Source: Rhynchobatus australiae | Taxonomy: Eukaryota | Reading direction: 5' to 3' | Assembly: GCA_034780895.1 (NCBI GenBank) | Contig: JAUZTB010000048.1 | Coordinates: 38,383,016-38,447,015, forward strand | DNA length: 64,000 nucleotides | In this document: positions 37,739 through 50,300 of the stretch, piece by piece | How the letters are laid out: each line of letters begins with the position of its first letter | Numbering within the stretch: the stretch's first letter is position 1 | The notes under the pieces: model-generated | Told to the model about the DNA's origin: nothing | What the model saw: the letters and a program-made list of their open reading frames with translations, nothing else | Databases searched by the model: none | Position numbers and translations under genes: made by a program

Positions 37739-40011
37739 GTAACTCTTCAGTATTTGTTCCTGTATTGAAATACACAGTGAACATTAAAGATCAGCAAGGT
37801 TAGTGTGGATGTGAGCATAAAAATAGTCCTTGGGGAAAGTCACTATTCACATCATCTTGCATAGTTTCAGGAAAGAAGCTTAAGAGATATGTGGTCTCTT
37901 CAGCTTATTCCAACATTTAATAAAATCAGGATTAATCCAAGATCTCAACTCCATTTTCCTTTCCGATCCAATGAACCTTTGGTTCTCTCGGTTGCTTCAT
38001 TTTGACCCGGAATATATTTAGCTACTGGGCACACGGTATTTGGGTTAGAGGCTGCAGAGGATTCCAAACCCACAGACTGAAGAAATTTCTTCTCTCCTTT
38101 GTCAGAAATGACCAACTCCAAATGTAATATCTTGTAGATTTTGATAGCAAAATTTTCTTGTTCTTCAAACACCAACAACTTGCTCTCTTTGCAAACTTTG
38201 TGCTTTTTATACACCAAATCCTTTTGTACACCTGCATTTAATAGATTTTTGAAAAATACTTAATGTTTTTCCAAGTATGTAACCTCTGTATTGTACTACA
38301 TCTGTTATCTTCACATCCTCCCTTTCTATAATCGCATTGCAGACATATTGTATCCTTGCACTTTGCTTTCCTACCTAGCTATGTACTGCAGCAAACTTGC
38401 ATACATTACACTTGGCATCTTCATCTAATGTGGTGGTGTGGATAGTAGGTATCTGTGGTCCTAGCACTAATCATTGTGACATCTCTGAAGCCAAATGAAA
38501 GTGATTTATTTATTATCCTTGTATCCGTGCTAATACACTGGTGAAACTTGGCCTCTTTTGGCCAACTCCAGTAACTGGTAACTCCTGAAGAATTGTCAGA
38601 TCAAGATTGGGCAGTACCAAGGGAGCGCCCAAGCCGATGCTATCCTGATCCAATATTTATTTCCCATCCTCCATGAGTTCTTGTACAAAACCTTGTCTTC
38701 CCATATCCAAAGTCAGACTGTCCTGTTCATCCATCACCCCAGAATCTCTTGACAATGTTAGTCCTTGATTTAGCGTGAGCTTTATTTGAAGATTATTGTA
38801 AATGTGTCTAAAATTCTTCCCTGTATTCTCTATAAACCACCTTCAGTTCCACAAGCCCCTACACTTCTTCATTTCTGGTCACTTATACCTGTCCATTTTC
38901 TTTCTTCCCCAGCAATTTTTTTTTTTACCTTCTTTTCAACCCCTTTTGTAACACCTCTGCTTGATCTGACCTGATATCTCTGGATGTGGCTCAGTGTCAA
39001 TTTTGTCTGAAGATACTTCTGTGAAGCGCAGTAGGACCTTTTACTATGTTAAAATGCCTTGCAATGCAGGTTATTAACATCCTTTTTTGTATGTTTGCTA
39101 TCGGGGTGAGAAGTATTGACAGCAGGAATGTAATTATTAGTCCATTAAATAGACCGCACTCCTGGTGTTCAGTTGTTTTTTGCAAATGTACAATATCTGA
39201 CTGTCTTGAGTTTTATATATCTTTTTCTGAGCTGCTTTGTCCCCTTTCTCAGTGAAGGATCAGCTATCACTTCAACTGTTTTTCCACCATCTTTTCCCGA
39301 CGTCATTGAACTTGTGGAATATAATTTTTTTTGGGTGCTGTTTACCCAGTGGCTGTTTCAGTCCAAAGTCAAGATTCTGGATCCTACTTTTTACGAGCTA
39401 CCACATCTGCCATGGTCTAGGGAAAATTTGAATTAATGAGAGGCTTTCACAGTCTCAGGATGTGCACAAATGCATTACTGCCAGTGACGTACTTCTGAAA
39501 CTTGTTATATTTGTATATTTAAAAACATAAGTAAGTGGGAAATTTTAACACATCATAGATAAATTATCAATGGATTTTTTGTAATACTGGTGATTTGAAG
39601 AATGCTCTTCAGCAACTAATAATACTATGGATATTTATCCATTTGAGAGGGGAGTGGGTCTTGGATTTGCATCTCATTCAGAAGGAAGGCCCTCCAACAA
39701 TGCAGCACTCTCAATATTGCACTGGTGTTAGGCATGTCTTTGTCTTTGAGCCTATAAGCCTTCTGATATGAGAATACAGAACCAAGCCTTGCACTTTACT
39801 GGGTAGTAATTTCATGGCTTACTTGGTTCAGTGATGAATAAACATAAATGTAAAATATCTGAATAGTGGAGAATGAGTTTTTTGAGTTCAGTATGTTGTA
39901 TTGCATATACATTTGTATTGGATAGATTGCATCTGTAGTGTAGAACTTCTACATGGCTGCTGTTCATTATGCAACATTAATTCAATAATAAATACTTGAT
40001 CTCTGCAACAG

Positions 40012-40092
40012 GACCAGAACTCCGAGTGAACAACAAAGACTATCAACAGGTGCGACTGGATGTACAGCGATCATTACGGCGCTTTCCACCTG
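40012..40092 (+). CDS. TBC1D20: TBC1D20 exon 3 with arginine finger (GPELRVNNKDYQQVRLDVQRSLRRFPP)
   Basis: caacag acceptor, gtaagc donor, 81 nt; DxxR motif (DVQR); not in the ORF track. Confidence 0.95.
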
Positions 40093-40569
40093 GTAAGCCA
40101 CGTTGATGCGAAATACAGGTTTTGCTGGAAAAGGAGACTGCTGTTAGTGTGTTGTGTACTTAGGAACAGGTTGATATGGATCCTTAGTTCCAGTAATATA
40201 ACAAGACACAGATTTTAATTTACAGAGAAATCAGGCATCCTTGATTGAACACTCTAAAAGTTCTCCACTTTCCTCTGAAGTGGATTTTTGTGCAGATTAG
40301 CTTTACGCAAATATCTTGGTGCATTTGTTTTTGACGTAATTAATATCGCAAAAGTGAGAAAACTCCACGATCTACTTCATTGGCTTATCCTAATTTTGTG
40401 ACAGGTGTTATATAATTGCAAAGCCTCATTTCTTTTAATTATGCTAAGGTGCTAACTTCTGCAGATAATCTTCAGAATAGAGAGAATAGTCCTTTTTTGC
40501 TTTTTGTCACTGCTTTTAAGAACTCAGTTGTTTCCCTCCAGATCCTTAAAGTGGTTAATCAAATGATTT

Positions 40570-41290
40570 TTAGGAGATGTTGCATATTCAACAACCTATC
40601 TGATATAGGGAAAAACCTATTTGATCTTGTCCTCACCAATCTACCCATCGCAGATGCACTTGTCCTCAGCAGTATTGGTAGGAGTGACCACCACACAGTC
40701 CTGGCGGAAATGAAATCCCATCTTCCCAGTGAAAATACACGTCATAGTCTACCACACTGCTAAATGGGGCAGACTGCAAACAGATCGAGCAACTCGAGAC
40801 TGGCCATCCATGAGGCACTGTGGGCTGTCAGCAGCAATGGAACTGTACTCAACCACAAATATGCAGCCTCGTGGCCTGGAATATCCCTGTTTTGCCATCA
40901 CCACCAAACCAGGGGATCAACTCTGGTTCACTGAGGCCAGGAGAGCATGCCAGGAGCAACATCAGACATGCCTCAGGATGGATAATCATCCTAATGAAGC
41001 TACAAGACAGAACTACTTGCATGCCAAACAACATGCAATAGACAGAACTAAGCAATACCACCTTGAAGTTGTCATCCAAGCCACACGCCATTATAACTTG
41101 GAAAAATATTGCTCTTCCTTCACTGTCACTAGATCAAAGTTCTGGAACCCCTTCGTTAACAGTAACACCTCAAGGACTGCAGTGGTTCAAGAAGACAGGT
41201 CACCATCACTTCCAGGACAACTAGGGACAGGCAATTAAATGTGAGCTCAGCCAGTGATGCCCACATCCCTAGAACGAATATGTAACAAAA
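40570..41290 (+). mobile_element. Internally deleted non-LTR LINE (endonuclease end plus 3' tail)
   Basis: GKNLFDLVLTNLP....SIGRSDHHTV is the SDH motif of an APE endonuclease; ends gccagtgatgcccacatccctagaacgaata. Confidence 0.75.
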
Positions 41291-41837
41291 AATATATATT
41301 TAGTACAATGTAAACCCTTTCTATCAGTTATGATTACTGAGTTATGATTACTGCTGCTAGCATGTGCTGAGGTTGGGAAGTCTGCCTTTTCCCCTTAAGC
41401 AGTGTAACTAAGTACTGAGTTTCACTGATAATCTCCCTATGACGTTCATACAATGTTTATGGGTACCGTGGGGCAGAGAGGATGCCTGCCCTCCTGACTG
41501 CATTATGCACAGCACATACCAGGACATTAAGTGTGTGCAATAATATTTGTAAAATATAAAGAGAATGTTGTCCTTTAGAAAGGAATTGCATAACAACTTG
41601 CACGTAACAAGCTTTTTCTCTCTCTCCTTCTCCATTTTGCCAGAAATACTGCTGTGCCCTAGATGCTGCTAACTTTGAGTATCTTTGGTCACAGTTACCC
41701 AACTATCTGTGTTTTGTTTGCCAGAACCTGTTGCTCATGCCCTGATCTGCTGTAGGGATTGTGGTCCTGTGGTCTTGATTATATAATCTGGAAAGCTTCC
41801 ATTGTGTTTTTTTTGTATACTTAAAGATCAGAGGATC

Positions 41838-42388
41838 TATCTTGGGCCCAACACGTTGATGCAATCACGAAGAAGGCACACCAGCAGCTCTGCTTCATTA
41901 GGAGTTTGAGGAGATTTTGTATGTCATCAAAGACCCTTGCAAATTTCTACAAATGTATGGTGGAGAGCATTCTGACTTGCTGCATCACAGCCTGGTATGG
42001 GGGCTCCAATGTGCAGATTGAAAGAGGCTGCAGGGGGTTGTAGACTCAGCCAGCTCCATCATGACCACAACCCTCCCCGCCATTGAAGAAGGTGGTATCC
42101 ATCATTAAGGACCCTCACCACCCGGGACATGCCCTCTTCACGTTAATACCATCGGGGAGGAGGTGCAGGAGCCTGAAGACCCACACTCAACATTTCAGGA
42201 ATAACTTCTTCCCCCCGTCATGAGATTTCTGAACGGCCCATGAACACTACCTTGTTATTCCTCTTTTGTACTATTTATTTAGTTTTGTAACTTTTATAGT
42301 AAGTGTTACTACTTTGTCTTGCACTGTACAACTGCTACAAAGCAACAAATTTCACGACATATGTCAGTGATGATAAATCTGATTCCCA
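41838..42388 (+). mobile_element. Rex1/Babar-like LINE 3' fragment
   Basis: KKAHQQLCFIRSLRRF.MSSKTLANFYKCMVESILTCCITAWYG and HPGHALFTLIPSGRRCRSLKTHT..FRNNFFP; tail ends taaatctgattc. Confidence 0.85.
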
Positions 42389-42409
42389 TTAAGACCAGTA
42401 TATGATACT

Positions 42410-42830
42410 GTGTGTGGCTTCATTGGTAGCATTTATCCTCTTAAAATGGTTCTAGGTTGAAGAACCACTCCTGAGACTTCTTCAGCTGTCTAGTTCTTCA
42501 GTGCAGTAGTGTCTTTCAGGTGAGAGGTTAAAGTGAGGGTTGGTCTGCTCCAAAGAAGATGTGGAATATCCAGTTTTCATAGCTGGGCAGTTTCTTCCAG
42601 ATGTCATGACTGATGCATATTCTTCACCTGAAATTGCAAGAACATATTATTTGATTGTTATCACGTTGCTGGTTTTGGGAGCTTGCTGTGTGCACATTAT
42701 TGGCTGCGTTTCTGCATTCCAATAGTGAATATGCTTCATAATGGTTGCAAAACACTTTCTGGAGTCTTCTGAAAAGGACATGAAAATAGAAAAGCTGTGC
42801 AAACTTAACATCCTGATTTGCCAATGTGCA
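42410..42830 (+). mobile_element. Deu-domain SINE (SacSINE1-like)
   Basis: tRNA-like head gtggcttcattggtagca; Deu-like atcacgttgctggttttgggagcttgctgtgtgcacattattggctgcgtttc. Related copies near 39430-39800 (-), 57510-57700 (-) and 62285-62410 (+). Confidence 0.6.
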
Positions 42831-43232
42831 GTTGGATTCACTAAAACTAAATGCTCATATTAGTTGTTTTGATTTTAAAATGCTATTGCAAAATTGCAGC
42901 TTGCATTGTTAAAATGCAACCTAACCTGTAACCTAATCTGTAACCTAAAAAGTATTTATTAAAGAATAGTTTACAAGGTAATTGAAATAGTAAATGGAAG
43001 TGTTTAACCATTGACAGCAAAGGTGTATGTAGAAGGATTAGCTTACCAAAAGTGAAGAGTTCTGAATGTGTTGAACTTTGAAATCATTTTGCCCTTTATC
43101 ATGGGCTTCAGTGTAGCCATTAGTGTTTCTGGGTAATATGACTTATTCCTGCTCTCAAGATGGGAAAATTGGGGAAAAAAATAAGATTTTGTACTTTTTG
43201 GCAAATATTTGTTGTTGATCGATGGTTTGTAG

Positions 43233-43419
43233 GAATGCCAGATGCAGAGCGCGAGGCACTGCAAGAAGAGTTGATTGACAGTATCTTGGAAGTACTGAAG
43301 AAAAATCCCCAGCTTCACTATTACCNNNNNNNNNATGACATTGTAGTCACCTTCCTTCTGGTTGTTGGTGAGAGAATGGCAACAGCCCTAGTGGAGAAAC
43401 TTTCCACACATCATCTCAG
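43233..43419 (+). CDS. TBC1D20: TBC1D20 exon 4 (GMPDAEREALQEELIDSILEVLKKNPQLHYY[QGYH]DIVVTFLLVVGERMATALVEKLSTHHLR)
   Basis: ttgtag acceptor, gtattt donor, 187 nt; nine Ns at 43326-43334 keep the frame and hide the glutamine finger. Confidence 0.95.
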
Positions 43420-45512
43420 GTATTTGGTACATAACTGTTTTTAATTGTGTTAGTGTTTCTATATGTTACCCTGCTCGGTTTAGAAGGCTGTGTTCATCTG
43501 CCAGGAAACATTTGCTTCTTCCAGCCCCATCTTTCATTCCCTCCACTAATTTTTTTTGCTGTCCTTTCTTTGCTGTTCTAGTTTTCTCTTCTACTCTAAA
43601 TTTGAAGAATCATTCACTTGGAAACTCTGCAATTAGCCAGCATCTCCTCTGTAACTTGTTAAGGAAGCAAAGTTTGTCTATAGCAAGAAAGATGGCCTGG
43701 TGGTTTTACAGCTGTAATCTTACAATTATCTCGAAAGGACAATAAACAATCCCCTAACTACATACCCAACTTAAACATTGATCCTCCATTCAGATAGCTT
43801 GAATATACATAGTTAAGATTTTTACAGATGTACAATGAAACTTCTATAATTTGGTATACAATTATTCCAAATAATTCCAAATGGCATCTAGGTCACTCAT
43901 TTGCCCATACTGTGGGCTGGGTCTGTGGCTGGGACTGAAGTCTAGACAAGAGAATACATGGCTGGGGTCTGACTGTGGACCAGGGTGCAGAGCATTTGAC
44001 AACCTGAAACTTGTCGGGTTCTTTCTCATCTCACTTTTAACTGGCCAGGGCTCAGTTTCCATCTCCATTATACTACATATATTAAAATAAAACAGAGAGA
44101 AATGGAAGTGTCTGGCTATTGATAGAAGTAATGTCCAATGGTCTAGAAAGCCTGTTAGTTTGGCACCACCAAAGAGCCAATGGTGCCAGGTTACTATATT
44201 TACCTGTCTTCCCTTGCCTCTCTTTTGGTTCAAACTCAAGCTGTTTAAATGGAAATTTGTTACCCTGTTGTTGGAGCTGCCTTAATTTAAATTTGACCCT
44301 TGGAGCAGCAGTGTTCCACTTCTGCTAGCAGGGTCTGGGGAAAAGGGGAGAGCATAGGATCCAGAATTCAAAGAAGTATTTTGCCTTTTGAGTGGTTTTT
44401 GGATCTAGTGTTCATGTGATTTGTTTTTCTCTGTCTTGAACTTATTCCGCATCCTTAATACTAACCATTGAACCACTGTAGACTTCAGTTTGGTGTCCAT
44501 ATTAACCAGGTTCATGATGTTCCAGATATTGCTGATGATCCACTAGCCAGTCTGGCTCACTGAGAACAATTTATTTGATCAGCAAATTGTGGACAAATTA
44601 TTTTTCAAATCTGCAATACAAAGTAAATTTTCATCATTCAGTTTCAAGATTTAGACAACTTAAGCAACTTTACAATAGGAGTGAAAGGAGTATTATCTAA
44701 ACCAACTGTTAGATTAGACTGTCAGGTTATCATTACAGCTTGAAACATAAAATTGCTTTGTAATTGAGTCCTCTTAAATCTGGCCCTGTACATAAGACCA
44801 AACTGCTCTAACAGTGGAAATAAAGAAAATTATGTATTCACCAGAGAGGAAAGATAAACATTTTCAGGCTTCGTAATCAAATGCTTTGCCCTATGAACAT
44901 TCCGGCTGTTAATTAGTGTGGCAATTCATGTTCAGCTGTATTTTGTACATTTAACATTGCAAGGTATGCTACAGGGAGCATGCTAGCCTACTCTGGTTTA
45001 CAGTGAAATGAAACCTCAGTTCTGGCTGCAGGAATCTGATGTTCATGCCTTGTAATCTATGGGGTCTACAATGAAAGACTTCTGAAGACTGAAAATGATC
45101 ATGCCCACATGTCTGTTAAATAAATTGCACAGAGAATGGTCTTTTATTGTCTCTGTCAGTGATTAGTGGAAAGGTGGGGGGTTGGAAGAAGTAGAAAGGG
45201 TTCAAATTGGTATAGTTTTTGATTTTCATAGTATCACTAGATTTCTTTTTAATGGTTGTTCAGTGTCATCCAATTTGTGGATTGTTATGTGAATAATCTA
45301 AACCTGGCGAGTTAGATTGCAATCATTTAACACTGATAAATATGCATTTTTCTCAGTTTTTTAATCTCTGATCCTTCCAATACATTTAGTGTAGTGATTT
45401 TATTTTCAAGTAGGTGTTTGCACTGTGTATATATTTTTGAAAAGTCATTTTAACAGTTAAACATTCTGGCTGTTTCATTGTTGTAAGTTAAACATTCCTT
45501 TTTGTTTTATAG

Positions 45513-45614
45513 GGATTTTATGGACCCAACCATGGACAATACAAAACACATTTTAAACTACCTTATGCCAATAATAGAGAAGGTCAACCCAGAAGTACAT
45601 GATTTCATGCAAAA
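45513..45614 (+). CDS. TBC1D20: TBC1D20 exon 5 (DFMDPTMDNTKHILNYLMPIIEKVNPEVHDFMQK)
   Basis: tttatag acceptor, gtgagt donor, 102 nt, phase 2-2; not in the ORF track. Confidence 0.96.
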
Positions 45615-46548
45615 GTGAGTGTATAGCTTTGGATTCATTACAGCAAGTGGTTTACAAACTTAGGGGAGCTCCTGCAATTCATCTAACTTATGGGCTCCAA
45701 GTTTTATTCCCCATGTCTATATTCTGTCTAGACAACAGTTGCAAAAATCTGAAATTGGCTACATGTTAGGGATTTGGCAGTCTGTTTAAAGACACTTTTC
45801 CTTTGTCCTTTGAAGAATTTGCTGAGAGGAGATAAACATCCTGTTGCAAATAACCAGGAACATGTGACGTGGGCTGTATCGTAGACCAAAGCTTTCCAGT
45901 AGTCCAACAGCTATTTAGGTTGATTCTAGCCCACGTGATAAGCTTGTTTTTCAAAAACTCAAAGGTTTTGTCAGTAGGAGACTTTGAATTGGGAGCCCTC
46001 TGATCAGAAAACTTGCCTTTAGACCCAAAACCTGGTATCTGGATATCAGCTCTTCCAACTCTAATGAAAGATTGTCAGAGAAATCAACTAATATTTGATC
46101 AATGAACTTAGTTTTATAATAGATAGAGAACCATTTCATAAAATAACTGATGTTCACCACAGTGTTTCCTGGAAATAGGAAACCTTAAGTTCTTAATAGA
46201 TGATCAAAAGAAACATGTTAACTACTGGCACTTAACTGTAGTGAAAACCTGAAAGGTTTGCAGTAACGTATCCTGGGATTTTTAAATCAGTTTTGCGCGC
46301 TCAAGAAAGACATGAGACACCTTACAGAGAATTGCTTTCTTGTAACTTTGTTTCAAAATTAAGTTTTGCTGTGCAGTAAAATGTTTTGTGTCAGGAACAC
46401 CAATGAGCAATTTTGTCCCCTGCAGGATCAGACAAACCTCTATGAAATGAAAGAAACCTGACATTCAGTCTTAAACAGGTGATAAGAATCTCTAAAGGGT
46501 ATTTACTTGCATTAAAGATTTTTCTGTTCCCTACTCTTTTTTTTGTAG

Positions 46549-46690
46549 AGCTGAAGTTGGTACAATTTTCGCCTTGAGCTGGCTAATAACGTGGTTTGGT
46601 CACGTGCTTTCAGATTTCCGGCATGTAGTTCGGTTATATGACTTCTTCCTGGCGTGTCATCCATTAATGCCAATCTATTTTGCTGCAGTG
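46549..46690 (+). CDS. TBC1D20: TBC1D20 exon 6 (AEVGTIFALSWLITWFGHVLSDFRHVVRLYDFFLACHPLMPIYFAAV)
   Basis: ttttgtag acceptor, gtaagt donor, 142 nt. Confidence 0.97.
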
Positions 46691-46842
46691 GTAAGTGCAT
46701 CTATTTCCTTCTCTTATTTGTTTTGGAATGAGAAAATTAATTTGTTCAATATTCTAGAAAGAATTCAGATTTTTCAACAGCAAATCAACTGAATTGGAGT
46801 TGGATGCTTAAATCTGTGAATTAATTCAAGTATTGAATGCTT

Positions 46843-47050
46843 GTCTATGTGGGTTTCCTCTGGGTGCCCCAGTTTCCTCCCACATTCCAAAAATGTACAG
46901 GTTAGGAGCTGTGGGCATGCTACTTTGGTGCTAGAAGAGTGGCGACACTTGCAGGCTGCCCCCCCGCTCCCCCCAGCACATTTTCAGTAATGCAAAAAGA
47001 TGCATTTCACTGTGTTTCCGTGTACATGTGACTAATAAATAAATATATTA
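46843..47050 (+). mobile_element. 5'-truncated V-SINE of the same family as 26593-26886
   Basis: Shares the V domain, the body gtgggcatgcta...ggcgacacttg and the tail gtacatgtgactaataaa. Confidence 0.85.
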
Positions 47051-47175
47051 CCTTAAAAAAAATCTGTTGGCTTTCTGATGATTCACCACCTGTTTTTATT
47101 GTAAGTTTCTATGTTAAGGGTCAGCTGGATGTAAAATGTTGTCATCCACATTGTGTTGTTTCATTATTTCTCCAG

Positions 47176-47354
47176 ATTGTATTGTACCGAGGTCATGAGG
47201 TCCTGGAGAGTGAATGTGACATGGCTGCTGTCCACCATCTGCTATCCCAGATCCCACAGGACCTACCATATGAGACTCTGATCAGCCGTGCTGGTGACCT
47301 CTTTGTCCAATTTCCTCCGTCCGAACTTTCCAGAGAAGTTGCTCAGAAGGAAAG
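47176..47354 (+). CDS. TBC1D20: TBC1D20 exon 7 (IVLYRGHEVLESECDMAAVHHLLSQIPQDLPYETLISRAGDLFVQFPPSELSREVAQKE-)
   Basis: tctccag acceptor, AAG|gtaaga donor, 179 nt, ends in phase 2; not in the ORF track. Confidence 0.96.
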
Positions 47355-50300
47355 GTAAGAACTAACCAGACTCGGAGCAAATTAATAGCAAATTTCTTTT
47401 AGTTAGAAGAAACCAAACCCTTTGATTTGCTGCTGAAGTAAGGTTCCTTGTTTAAGATTTGGTATTTTTAACCACTCTCATCTACCTTCAAGGCCAAGGA
47501 CCCATTTGCAATCCCTTCTCTCACAATGTTCCCTCCCTGTCCTTGTGAAAATAATCAGTCATGGGTTTTAACAATTCCGTCCAAGAGTGTTATCTGCAAG
47601 GAATGCTGGTGTGACTGACTTCAGTTCTGGATTATGTGATATTTCCTACAGCAGTGTGTGGTTTTGCTGCTGTCCTTTCTACTTATTTAGCCAAATAAAG
47701 TGGTGATGGCTGAGAGGCATTGTGCTGTTGACTCAGTCACTCATCCCTTTTGTAACAGGGGACATGCAGCCCAGTCAAACCTGCTTATGAAAGGAATTAT
47801 TAAAACCATGGTTTTCACCAGAATTGGGGGAAAGCATTTTGAGAGAAGGGATAGCTAATGGGCCCTTTGCTTTATGAAATCAATCTTCAGCAGTAATTTC
47901 TTTATATATAATTAAAAGTGAATAAAGTGTAAATGAAGGCTAAATCTAGGGAGGAGTCAGGTGAGATGTCAAACAAATCTCAGCAGTGGGCTCTGGTAAC
48001 CTACCGTCTGTATCCAATTGGCTTCATCCTTGAATATATTTTATTAGCTTGCATCAAAATTAGAGTATTCTGGGTAGAAAATTTATTTCTGTGAAGAATT
48101 TTTTATATGGTTCATAATTAGATTTTTGAGTGCATCTGACTTAAAATGTGAGATTCTCTTTGCTGTGGGTTTGTTGCGAATGAAATACTTGCTACCTCAT
48201 TTTTGTTTGGATTTTTTTCTCTGCTCTTGAAAGAAGCTATTTGTGTATGTATTGCATGAGCAGTGTTAAATATAATGGGGAGACTCAACTTAATTTACTT
48301 CTCCCTTCTGTTGCCAAGACAGGGACAGACTAATCTGGAACTTTCATGACTGTATAATAAGTGTGTCCAACATGTGTAGAGAGATGGAAAATGTTCATAT
48401 TTTAGTGATCAAGGCACAAATGCTCCGTTCTTTGGAATTTCTATTTAGTAACAAAATTGCAACAATTAGAAATGAAATTCCAAGTCAATCTAAAAACATC
48501 TCCTGTAAGCATTTGTAAAGGGAAATTGTAAAAGCTACATGGCGTTCATCAACTGCAGATTCGCCAACTTCATCTGGTCGAGTGAAAATAGTTCAAGGTG
48601 AGACGGAGGGTTTGGAAAACTAGAAGTTTGAATGTGATTTTTTTTTTGTCACTCCCCTGTAGACTTAAAAAATGATTCTACTTAGCTTTTATAAAGATTA
48701 GTGCACTTTGAGGGAGCTTGGCTTTCTGTGAAATTCCCAGCACTGAACCTGGTTAGTTAAAACTGGCTAGTATTGGTCTCTTCTAGAAGATTTGTCCAGC
48801 TGTGGAGAAAGAGGAGCGGTATATAAACTATACTTGGATTTCCAGAGGCATTTGCTGAAGTGCTGTGTCAAAAATTGTTGCAGCAAATAATAGCTCGTGA
48901 TATAGCAGATAACATTGGCAGGGATGGAGATCGTGAATTTGGGAGGTGGGGTCAGAGTAGCTGAGGCGAATAACTGAATTGTCTTTTGTGAGTCGGTACA
49001 CACTGCAGCCACTGTGCTCTGGTGACGAACAGAATGAATTTGTAGAATGGTTGATGGGTTCCTTTGTCCTGGATAGTGTTGAGCTTCTTGAGAATTGTTG
49101 GTACTGTACTTACCTTGGCAATTGAAGAGTTCTGTGCTTTGTAGATGGTAGAAAGGCTTCTAGTTGTCAGGAGGTGAGTAATTCACCACAGGATGCCCAG
49201 CCTCTGATCTGCTCTTACAGCCACCATATTTATTTTGCTGATCCAGTTGACTTTCTGATCAGTAAGAACCCCAAGGATATTGTTGGTTTTGAGTGGACTA
49301 TTCTTGCTTTTAGTTCATAAGTTTGTAAGGAATGTCTGTAAAGTAGTAATTTCTTTGCAAATCTTCTGAGATATGCAGAAAAATATTTTCCCTGAGTCAT
49401 ACAGCACAGAAATAGGCCCTTCAGCCCACCCTGTCCATGCCAGTGGAGTTGTACAGCTCAGAAAGAAATCCTTAAGGTTATATTTGTGACAAATGGTGCT
49501 ACAATTGGAGCTTAGTGCTAACATTGCTCCTGATGGGTGAACCCCTCCTCATTGCAGCTGGCTTTTATGACCTCACTTCCTTTCATTACAAATCAGTACA
49601 GTTTATTAAAAGATGCACGGTATTAATTTTGAGTTGCCTTTTATTATATAAAGGTCACACTGGTACGTGAAAACTAAATGTCAGAAGGATTTTGTGTGGA
49701 TTGAATAGAGCAGAGTGTCCTTTTAAACCATTATTCTTATGAATACTGATTGTCTGTATCTGTGAATGTCGCACTTCAACTGCCAAATTTATTTTTTTGC
49801 ATTTTACTGTTTACCCAGAGTAGCAGGCATATTTGCTAATGTAAGCTCCAGAAAAAAGAAATATACTATAATTTAAGACAATTGGTGACCATTCAACCTT
49901 GGTGGAAACTGTGATCTCTTGGGTTGTCTGCAGTTACTCTGACAGCACCTCATTCACTTTCCCATATCCATTTCAGAAGCTGAGCTGAATTGTGCTGGTG
50001 AATTTTGACTTGATGCACATAATTAGAAATTCCAGACTTTTTGTAGTATGTAAATGCTAACAAATGCTTTCAGTTATTCTGATGACACTTGGATTCACTT
50101 CATTTTGCTTTCTGTTTTACCCCTAATCAAAATATGCTTCATAGCAGAAGTTTTGGCCACTTGTGGTGCCCGCAGCTACAGTTACTATTAAAATAGCGAG
50201 CTATTAAAAACCCATAATCTCAATGTAAAGCCCCCGTTGATCAATGTTCCTGAGAGGCAACATTGACAAAATGCGTTCCACTTGTCTGGATGAACATGGA

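Noticed and set aside
40416-41238. Two adjacent ORFs of 115 and 169 aa in TBC1D20 intron 3 as a nested gene
   Set aside because: They translate decayed LINE endonuclease and tail sequence, including the SDH motif.
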